NCBI GenBank assembly: GCA_965238175.1
Contig: CBDEGZ010000003.1
Location: 832,001 to 896,000, forward strand
DNA from: Gammaproteobacteria bacterium
Lineage (GTDB): Bacteria > Pseudomonadota > Gammaproteobacteria > CAJXQU01
Length of the DNA: 64,000 bases
Reading direction: 5' to 3'
A program made the position numbers and the translations under genes. Under the pieces are notes generated by a model. The model was not told the origin of the DNA. It searched no databases and saw only the letters and a list, made by a program, of their open reading frames with translations. Shown here piece by piece: positions 57,101 through 64,000 of this stretch. How positions within the stretch are numbered: position 1 is the stretch's first letter; every line of letters begins with the position of its first letter.

Positions 57101-57724
57101 ATGGATTTAAATTTACATTCATATAAAAAGGGTTCGGTCACAGGAAATGTTTCTGTCTCTGATAGTTTTTTCGGTGAAGAATATAACGAAGGATTAATTC
57201 ATCAGGTTTTGACCGCATACTCAGCAGCATCAAGAACAGGTAGTAAAGCCAATAAGTCACGTTCAGATGTTCGTGGGGGTGGTATAAAACCTTGGCGTCA
57301 AAAAGGTACAGGGCGTGCACGTTCAGGTACTTCGCGTAGTCCAATCTGGCGCAGTGGTGGTGTAACTTTCGCAGCAAGGCCTAGAAACTATTCGCAAAAA
57401 GTAAATCGTAAAATGTATCGTAAAGCGATGGCTAGTATATTTTCTGAACTAGTACGCCTTGAAAGACTTCACGTTATAGATAACTTTGATATAGAAGAAC
57501 CTAAAACAAAAGCATTGATCTCGAGTCTTAAAAAACTAAATGTAGGAGATGATGTTTTAATAATTACAGAAGAAATATCTGAGAATCTGTACCTTGCCTC
57601 GCGTAATCTTTATCACGTAGGCGTAGTAGATGTAGCAGGTATGGATCCTGTCAGTCTTGTAGGGTTTGGAAGTGTGATAATTAGCGAAGGTGCGGTTAAT
57701 GCGCTTGAGGCAAAATACTTATGA
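57101..57724 (+). CDS. rplD: 50S ribosomal protein L4
   Basis: [14 protein letters not shown]. Confidence 0.98.
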   Translation: MDLNLHSYKKGSVTGNVSVSDSFFGEEYNEGLIHQVLTAYSAASRTGSKANKSRSDVRGGGIKPWRQKGTGRARSGTSRSPIWRSGGVTFAARPRNYSQKVNRKMYRKAMASIFSELVRLERLHVIDNFDIEEPKTKALISSLKKLNVGDDVLIITEEISENLYLASRNLYHVGVVDVAGMDPVSLVGFGSVIISEGAVNALEAKYL

Positions 57725-58017
57725 ATAGAGAGCAATTAAGCAGTATTTTGTTGTCACCACGAATTTCGGAAAAGACTGCCCGACTTGCTGATACGGCAAA
57801 TCAGTATGTGTTTGATGTGTCTAAATCAGCAACAAAACCCGATATAAAAAAAGCAGTGGAAATAATGTTTGACGTTGAGGTTGCATCTGTTCAAGTTGCT
57901 AACCTAAAAGGTAAAACAAAGATATTTAAGAGACGAACTGGTAAGAGAACAGACGTAAAGAAAGCGTATGTTCGATTGAAACCAGGTTCTGAAATCGAAT
58001 TTATAGCACCTGAGTAA
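57721..58017 (+). CDS. rplW: 50S ribosomal protein L23
   Basis: PRISEK, KKAYVRL; S10 operon order. Confidence 0.97.
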   Translation: MNREQLSSILLSPRISEKTARLADTANQYVFDVSKSATKPDIKKAVEIMFDVEVASVQVANLKGKTKIFKRRTGKRTDVKKAYVRLKPGSEIEFIAPE

Positions 58018-58035
58018 GGATAAGGTTACAAACTA

Positions 58036-58863
58036 ATGGCACTTGTAAAAGCAAAACCAACATCGCCAGGACGCCGAGGTCTTGTACGGGTTGCGACACC
58101 CGAACTTCACAAAGGTGAACCATATCGTCCGCTGTTAGAACAACAATCTAAAAAGTCTGGGCGAAATAACAATGGTCGAATTACTGTACGACATCGAGGT
58201 GGTGGCCATAAACAACGTTACCGTATTATCGATTTCAAACGTAACAAAGACGATATCGTAGCTAGCGTTGAGCGCATTGAATACGATCCAAATCGCACGG
58301 CTCATATCGCACTTCTGTCATACGCAGATGGTGAAAAACGATATGTAATTGCTGCGAAGGGTATGAAAGCAGGTGATGAAGTGTCTTCAGGCGTTTCAGC
58401 AGCAATTAAAATAGGGAATACCCTTCCACTAAGGAGTATACCTGTAGGTAGTACAGTTCATTGTGTAGAACTTAAACCTAACAAAGGTGCGCAGATTGCA
58501 CGAAGTGCTGGTACATCAGTACAACTTGTTGCAAGAGAAGGCGCTCATGCCACTCTGAGATTAAGATCTGGTGAGATGAGAAAGGTTTTGGTAGATTGCC
58601 GTGCAACTATTGGTGAGGTTAGTAATAGTGAGCATTCATTACGTTCATTAGGTAAAGCGGGTGCTACACGTTGGAGAGGTGTCAGACCTACCGTCAGAGG
58701 TGTAGCAATGAATCCGGTAGATCATCCACATGGTGGTGGTGAAGGTAGAACATCTGGTGGCCGCCATCCAGTTAGTCCGTGGGGCTTACCTACCAAAGGT
58801 AAGAAAACTAGAAAGAACAAACGAACTGACAAGTTAATTGTTAGACGCAGAAGTAAGAGATAA
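58036..58863 (+). CDS. rplB: 50S ribosomal protein L2
   Basis: [22 protein letters not shown]. Confidence 0.99.
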   Translation: MALVKAKPTSPGRRGLVRVATPELHKGEPYRPLLEQQSKKSGRNNNGRITVRHRGGGHKQRYRIIDFKRNKDDIVASVERIEYDPNRTAHIALLSYADGEKRYVIAAKGMKAGDEVSSGVSAAIKIGNTLPLRSIPVGSTVHCVELKPNKGAQIARSAGTSVQLVAREGAHATLRLRSGEMRKVLVDCRATIGEVSNSEHSLRSLGKAGATRWRGVRPTVRGVAMNPVDHPHGGGEGRTSGGRHPVSPWGLPTKGKKTRKNKRTDKLIVRRRSKR

Positions 58864-58878
58864 TTAGGAGTAATAGCG

Positions 58879-59151
58879 GTGGCACGTTCCATAAAGAAAG
58901 GCCCATTTGTTGATCATCATCTTCAAGCTAAGATTGAAAAGGCGAGAGAGACAAACGACAAAAAACCAATCAAAACCTGGTCTCGGCGTTCCATGGTATT
59001 ACCAGACATGTTGGGATTAACGATTGCTGTACACAATGGTCGCCAACACATGCCAGTGTTCGTTACAGAGAATATGGTTGGACATAAACTAGGTGAGTTT
59101 GCGATGACGCGTACTTATCGTGGTCATGTAGCTGATAGAAAAGCCAAATAA
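58879..59151 (+). CDS. rpsS: 30S ribosomal protein S19
   Basis: [21 protein letters not shown]. Confidence 0.99.
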   Translation: MARSIKKGPFVDHHLQAKIEKARETNDKKPIKTWSRRSMVLPDMLGLTIAVHNGRQHMPVFVTENMVGHKLGEFAMTRTYRGHVADRKAK

Positions 59152-59168
59152 AGAGAAAGGTAAGAATT

Positions 59169-59504
59169 GTGGAAACTGTAGCAAAACTAAAACACGCAAG
59201 GATATCAGCTCAAAAGGCCAGGTTAGTCGCGGATCAAATCAGAGGTTTGAATGTTGATCAGGCAATTAACCTTTTGACTTTTAGCACAAAAAAAGGTGCC
59301 GGTATTATTAAAAAAATACTTGAGTCAGCAATTGCAAATGCAGAGCATAATGATGGCGCAGATATAGATGAATTAATCGTCAGCAAAATCCATGTAGATG
59401 AAGGCCCGATATCCAAGCGTTTTAGAGCTAGAGCGAAAGGTCGTGGTAATAGAATTTTAAAACGAACCAGCCATATTACGCTGGCTGTAGAAGAGCAGAC
59501 TTAG
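59169..59504 (+). CDS. rplV: 50S ribosomal protein L22
   Basis: [26 protein letters not shown]. Confidence 0.98.
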   Translation: METVAKLKHARISAQKARLVADQIRGLNVDQAINLLTFSTKKGAGIIKKILESAIANAEHNDGADIDELIVSKIHVDEGPISKRFRARAKGRGNRILKRTSHITLAVEEQT

Positions 59505-59513
59505 AGAGAACTT

Positions 59514-60194
59514 ATGGGACAGAAAGTACATCCAACAGGCATTCGACTTGGTATTGTGAAAGACTGGAATTCGACTTGGTATGCAGATAATCGTAACTAT
59601 GCGGAATATCTAAACACAGATTTGAAAGTCAGAGAGTTCTTACAGAATAAGTTAAAACATGCGTCAGTAAGTCATATTCAAATTGAACGGCCTGCAAACA
59701 ATGCTCGTATTATTATTCACACTGCTAGACCTGGAATTGTGATCGGTAAAAAAGGTGAAGATATAGAACAGTTAAGGAAAATAGTTTCTTCAATGATGGG
59801 GGTGCCCGCTCATGTAAGCGTTGAAGAAATCAGAAAACCAGAATTAGATGCATATTTAGTTGCTGAAGGTATTGCAAATCAGCTTGAGCGTCGTATTATG
59901 TTTCGCCGCGCAATGAAGCGAGCAGTTACAAATGCTATGCGTTTAGGTGCAGAAGGAATACGTATAAATGTTGCGGGTCGTCTAAATGGGGTCGAGATTG
60001 CGAGAACACAATGGTATAGAGAAGGTCGAGTACCTCTACATACATTAAGAGCCGATATTGACTATGGTACAGCTGAAGCGTTGACTACCTATGGAATAAT
60101 TGGAATTAAAGTCTGGATTTTTAAAGGTGAAATAGTCGACAAGGTCGAAGAAATTGCACCAATAGAAACAGAAGAAAGTAGCAAAGCTGGGTAA
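59514..60194 (+). CDS. rpsC: 30S ribosomal protein S3
   Basis: [30 protein letters not shown]. Confidence 0.99.
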   Translation: MGQKVHPTGIRLGIVKDWNSTWYADNRNYAEYLNTDLKVREFLQNKLKHASVSHIQIERPANNARIIIHTARPGIVIGKKGEDIEQLRKIVSSMMGVPAHVSVEEIRKPELDAYLVAEGIANQLERRIMFRRAMKRAVTNAMRLGAEGIRINVAGRLNGVEIARTQWYREGRVPLHTLRADIDYGTAEALTTYGIIGIKVWIFKGEIVDKVEEIAPIETEESSKAG

Positions 60195-60208
60195 ACAGGA
60201 GACTCTTA

Positions 60209-60622
60209 ATGCTGCAACCTAAGCGAACTAAATTTAGAAAACAACAAAAAGGAAGGAACCGAGGGCTCGCGTTACGTGGGAACAAGGTAAGTTTCGGTGA
60301 GTTTGGTCTTAAATCTACTACTCGTGGAAGAATAACTTCTAGGCAGATAGAAGCTGCTAGACGGGCTATAACTAGGCATGTGAAGCGTGGTGCTAAAGTT
60401 TGGATAAGGGTATTTCCAGACAAGCCAATTACTAAAAAGCCACTTGAAGTACGACAAGGTAAGGGTAAAGGTAATGTTGAGTATTGGGTAGCCGAAATTC
60501 AACCGGGTAAAGTACTTTATGAAATAGAAGGTGTCGATGAAGAGTTGGCACGTGAAGCATTCAGATTGGCCGCTGCCAAACTTCCTGTAAGAACAACTTT
60601 TACTATTAGGACAGTATTGTAA
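60209..60622 (+). CDS. rplP: 50S ribosomal protein L16
   Basis: [19 protein letters not shown]. Confidence 0.99.
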   Translation: MLQPKRTKFRKQQKGRNRGLALRGNKVSFGEFGLKSTTRGRITSRQIEAARRAITRHVKRGAKVWIRVFPDKPITKKPLEVRQGKGKGNVEYWVAEIQPGKVLYEIEGVDEELAREAFRLAAAKLPVRTTFTIRTVL

Positions 60623-60816
60623 TGGAAGCTAAAGAATTGAAATCAAAGAATTCAGAAGAGCTAGAAAGATTACTTCTGGATCTCAGAAAAGAACAGTTTA
60701 GTTTACGTATGCAGCAAGGTACAGGTCAGGCTAATCATCCGCATTTATTCAAAAATTTGCGAAAAGATATTGCTAGAGTAAAAACTGTCTTGAATGAAAA
60801 CAATTCTGGTAACTAG
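60622..60816 (+). CDS. rpmC: 50S ribosomal protein L29
   Basis: [17 protein letters not shown]. Confidence 0.97.
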   Translation: MEAKELKSKNSEELERLLLDLRKEQFSLRMQQGTGQANHPHLFKNLRKDIARVKTVLNENNSGN

Positions 60817-60817
60817 A

Positions 60818-61084
60818 ATGACTGAAGAAACTAAAACAGCTAAAACAGTGATTGGTGAAGTCGTAAGTAACGGTATGGAGAAATCAATAACTGTTAAAGT
60901 AGAGCGTCAGGTAAAACACCCTCTTTATAAAAAGTACATAAAGAGATCCACAAAATTGATGGCTCACGATGAGAACAATGAGTGTAATGTTGGCGACACA
61001 GTTGCTATTGAGGCATGTCGGCCATTATCGAAACAAAAATGTTGGCGGTTACAAAAAGTTGTGGAAAAAGCTGCACAACTATAA
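60818..61084 (+). CDS. rpsQ: 30S ribosomal protein S17
   Basis: GEVVS, KHPLYKK, AHDENN, RPLSK. Confidence 0.97.
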   Translation: MTEETKTAKTVIGEVVSNGMEKSITVKVERQVKHPLYKKYIKRSTKLMAHDENNECNVGDTVAIEACRPLSKQKCWRLQKVVEKAAQL

Positions 61085-61147
61085 AGCAGACATAATGTTA
61101 TATATATTCAGGTTCAACCTGATCAAAAAGTTTAGCGGAGAAATTCA

Positions 61148-61516
61148 ATGATACAGATGCAGTCAATGCTTGATGCCGCAGATAATAGCGGTGCGCGACG
61201 ATTGATGTGTATCAAGGTGCTTGGAGGTTCAGGCATACGTTACGCGGCTATCGGTGATGTTATAAAAGTCACAGTAAAAGAGGCTATACCTCGAGGTAAA
61301 GTAAAAAAAGGCGATGTATACAACGCAGTTGTTGTACGTACTCGTAAAGGAGTTAGGCGGCCAGATGGTTCTTTGATACGATTTGATGGTAACGCAGCTG
61401 TTTTACTAGACAAACAATTAAATCCAATTGGTACTCGAATTTTTGGTCCAGTGACGCGTGAACTAAGAAGTGAAAAATTCATGAGAATCGTCTCGTTAGC
61501 ACCTGAAGTACTTTAA
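61148..61516 (+). CDS. rplN: 50S ribosomal protein L14
   Basis: [22 protein letters not shown]. Confidence 0.99.
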   Translation: MIQMQSMLDAADNSGARRLMCIKVLGGSGIRYAAIGDVIKVTVKEAIPRGKVKKGDVYNAVVVRTRKGVRRPDGSLIRFDGNAAVLLDKQLNPIGTRIFGPVTRELRSEKFMRIVSLAPEVL

Positions 61517-61533
61517 GGTTCGTAGAAATAGTT

Positions 61534-61851
61534 ATGAATAAAATAATTAAAGGTGATGAAGTTGTTGTTCTTACTGGCAGAAATAAAGGAGCCAGGGGAG
61601 CAGTATTACAAATCGTTTCAACAGATACAGTAATTGTTGAAAATGTAAATCTCATTAAAAAACACACAAAACCTAATCCTCAAGTAGGTGAGCCAGGTGG
61701 CATTGTAGAAAAGGAGGCGGCCATTAATATTTCCAATGTCGCAATCTACAATCCAGCGACGGGAAAATCTGACAGAGTGGGAATAAAAATACTTGAAGAT
61801 GGGAAAAAAGTTAGATATTTCAAATCGAATAACGAAGTTGTTGATATCTGA
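61534..61851 (+). CDS. rplX: 50S ribosomal protein L24
   Basis: [22 protein letters not shown]. Confidence 0.97.
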   Translation: MNKIIKGDEVVVLTGRNKGARGAVLQIVSTDTVIVENVNLIKKHTKPNPQVGEPGGIVEKEAAINISNVAIYNPATGKSDRVGIKILEDGKKVRYFKSNNEVVDI

Positions 61852-61866
61852 TATACAGGCTGAATT

Positions 61867-62406
61867 ATGACTAGATTACAACAAACCTATAAAGAGACTA
61901 TTGTACCTAAACTACAAGAACAGTTTGGTTTCAAAAGTTCTATGGAAATACCTAAAATTACTAAAGTCACACTTAATATGGGTTTGGGTGAAGCTGTTAC
62001 TGATAAAAAGGTAATTGAGCACGCTGTGAGAGATTTGGAAAACATATCAGGTCAAAAAGCTCAAGTAATAATGGCTAAGAAATCTGTTGCGAACTTCAAA
62101 ATTAGAGAAGGGTGGCCAAACGGAGCAAAAGTAACATTGCGAAGAGAGCGAATGTATGAATTTCTTGATCGTTTGATCAGTGTTTCTATTCCACGTATTC
62201 GTGATTTTAGAGGGCTTAATGGTAAATCATTCGATGGACGTGGCAATTATTCTTTCGGAGTAAAAGAGCAGATCATTTTCCCTGAAATCGATTACGATAA
62301 AATAGATACATTGCGTGGACTCGACATATGTATAACAACAACTGCTAAAAACGATGAAGAAGGTCGGGCACTGTTAAGTGCGTTCAACTTTCCGATCAAA
62401 AGCTAA
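61867..62406 (+). CDS. rplE: 50S ribosomal protein L5
   Basis: [23 protein letters not shown]. Confidence 0.99.
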   Translation: MTRLQQTYKETIVPKLQEQFGFKSSMEIPKITKVTLNMGLGEAVTDKKVIEHAVRDLENISGQKAQVIMAKKSVANFKIREGWPNGAKVTLRRERMYEFLDRLISVSIPRIRDFRGLNGKSFDGRGNYSFGVKEQIIFPEIDYDKIDTLRGLDICITTTAKNDEEGRALLSAFNFPIKS

Positions 62407-62427
62407 TTTTTCGGAGTAAAGTTTCTA

Positions 62428-62733
62428 ATGGCAAAGTCATCCATGGTAAATAGAGAGCGAAAAAGAGCTCGTCTAGTAAAGCAATATTCAACAAAACGTG
62501 CAAAACTCAAAGCAATGTCAATAGACGAAAATCTGAGTGAAGAAGAGAGAATTAAAGCTAGAGTTGATCTGCAAAAACTACCAAGAGACTCAAGTGCCTC
62601 AAGAAAAAGAAATCGTTGCCAAGTTACAGGCAGACCACATGGGTACTATCGTAAATTTGGTCTATCTAGAAATAGATTGCGTATAGCGGCAATGAATGGT
62701 GATGTCCCAGGTTTGGTTAAGGCAAGTTGGTAG
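62428..62733 (+). CDS. rpsN: 30S ribosomal protein S14 (long, zinc-free type)
   Basis: [26 protein letters not shown]. Confidence 0.98.
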   Translation: MAKSSMVNRERKRARLVKQYSTKRAKLKAMSIDENLSEEERIKARVDLQKLPRDSSASRKRNRCQVTGRPHGYYRKFGLSRNRLRIAAMNGDVPGLVKASW

Positions 62734-62769
62734 AGATAGATAATTAATATAGATTACGGAAGTTTAATT

Positions 62770-63165
62770 ATGAGTATGCAAGACCCAATTTCAGATATGT
62801 TAACTCAAATACGCAATGGGCTTAGTGCTTCAAAACGTTCGGTTACTTTACCTGCATCTAGTAAAAAAGTTCGAATAGCAAACCTTTTAAAAGAAGAAGG
62901 ATACATAACAGATTGCACTACTGACACAGTAGATAAGAAACCCGTTATGACTATAGAACTTAAATATCAAGATGATAAGCCTGTAATAGATATGATTAAA
63001 AGAGTTAGCAAACCTAGTCGACGAGTTTATTGTGGCAGTAACGAACTTCCAGAAGTACAAGGCGGTTTTGGTGTTGCAGTTATTTCTACATCAGAAGGTG
63101 TGATGAGTGACCGAGTAGCGCGTAAGCGCGGTATCGGTGGTGAAGTCATCTGTGCTGTATATTAA
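62770..63165 (+). CDS. rpsH: 30S ribosomal protein S8
   Basis: MSMQDPISDML, LKEEGYI, STSEGVM, GGEVIC. Confidence 0.98.
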   Translation: MSMQDPISDMLTQIRNGLSASKRSVTLPASSKKVRIANLLKEEGYITDCTTDTVDKKPVMTIELKYQDDKPVIDMIKRVSKPSRRVYCGSNELPEVQGGFGVAVISTSEGVMSDRVARKRGIGGEVICAVY

Positions 63166-63189
63166 AACTAATTAATGGAAAGATAAGAG

Positions 63190-63723
63190 ATGTCTCGTGT
63201 ATCTAACAACCCAGTTTCTCTCCCTACAGGTGTTAAAGTAGGCTTGTCTGGACAGAATATAAAAATCGAAGGCTCGAAAGGATCACTTGAGCATGCAGTT
63301 CATGATTTAGTCAAAGTTATTCAAGAAGATGCAAGTTTAAAGTTCTCAGCTAATAGCTCTTCGAAACAAGCAAATGCACTTGCCGGTACAACACGAGCGG
63401 TTGTACAAAATATGGTTACTGGTGTTTCAGATGGTTTTGAAAAGAAGCTTGAAATAAACGGAGTTGGTTATCGTGCACAAGTACAGGGTAAAGTGCTAAA
63501 CCTCACTCTTGGTTTATCTCATCCAGTAAATTATGAAATTCCTGATGGTATTTCAATTGAGGCACCAAGCCAGACTGAGATTATTGTTAAAGGAATTGAT
63601 AAACAGAAAGTAGGTCAGGTTTCAGCAGAAATTCGTGCCTACAGAAGACCAGAACCATATAAAGGTAAAGGTATTAAATATGCGGATGAAGTCATCGTTC
63701 GTAAGGAAGCGAAAAAGGCCTAG
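63190..63723 (+). CDS. rplF: 50S ribosomal protein L6
   Basis: GVGYRA, PEPYKGKG. Confidence 0.98.
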   Translation: MSRVSNNPVSLPTGVKVGLSGQNIKIEGSKGSLEHAVHDLVKVIQEDASLKFSANSSSKQANALAGTTRAVVQNMVTGVSDGFEKKLEINGVGYRAQVQGKVLNLTLGLSHPVNYEIPDGISIEAPSQTEIIVKGIDKQKVGQVSAEIRAYRRPEPYKGKGIKYADEVIVRKEAKKA

Positions 63724-63732
63724 GTAAAAGAA

Positions 63733-64000
63733 ATGAGTAAAAAAGCTTCAAGAATACGCCGTTCAGTAAAGACACGTGCAAAAATTAAAGAGTTGAGAAT
63801 ACACAGGTTAACTGTGCACCGAACTCCAAGGCATATATATGCACAAATTATTGCACCAGACAATGGCTCAGTAGTCGCATGTGCATCATCGTTAGATAAA
63901 GAAGTGAAGGCTGATATCAAAAATGGTGGCAACGTCGATGCGGCAATATTTGTAGGAAAAGTAATTGCTGCTCGCAGCGTAAAATCGGGTGTTGAATCGG
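63733..64000 (+). CDS. rplR: 50S ribosomal protein L18 (truncated by the window end)
   Basis: MSKKASRIRRSVKTRAKI...RLTVHRTPRHIYAQII; follows rplF. Confidence 0.95.
   Translation, partial: MSKKASRIRRSVKTRAKIKELRIHRLTVHRTPRHIYAQIIAPDNGSVVACASSLDKEVKADIKNGGNVDAAIFVGKVIAARSVKSGVES

Overview
A 64 kb window of core chromosome from a Gammaproteobacterium with roughly 40% GC (estimated by eye). Gene order resembles Pseudomonas and Chromatiales. Left to right it contains: the 5' part of an MshL-type secretin gene with an ExeA/MshM-like ATPase and a sigma54 response regulator; ahcY-metK; tkt-gap-pgk-pyk-fba; xth/pyrE; slmA-argB-algC(long form)-dut-coaBC/radC-rpmB-rpmG; a GldA/F/G-like ABC cassette with mutM; a di-heme cytochrome c5; polA; nadA; and from 37.9 kb to the end an uninterrupted tRNA-tuf-secE-nusG-rplKAJL-rpoBC-str-S10-spc supercluster. 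I see no rRNA, CRISPR array, prophage or intact transposase. The most unusual signal is non-coding: a family of structured TA-flanked elements. It has a full 293 bp copy at 18571-18863 inserted exactly into the algC stop codon, a solo hairpin module at 15276-15370, and a termini-only copy at 23011-23048; the two hairpin-bearing copies share a core motif while their stems change sequence. Other points of note are a lipoprotein gene apparently frameshifted at a (GT)6 tract, two decayed IS fragments (IS630-like and IS3-like), and several substitutions at normally conserved positions in RNA polymerase and ribosomal proteins. All calls come from reading the sequence and recalling motifs; no database searches were run.
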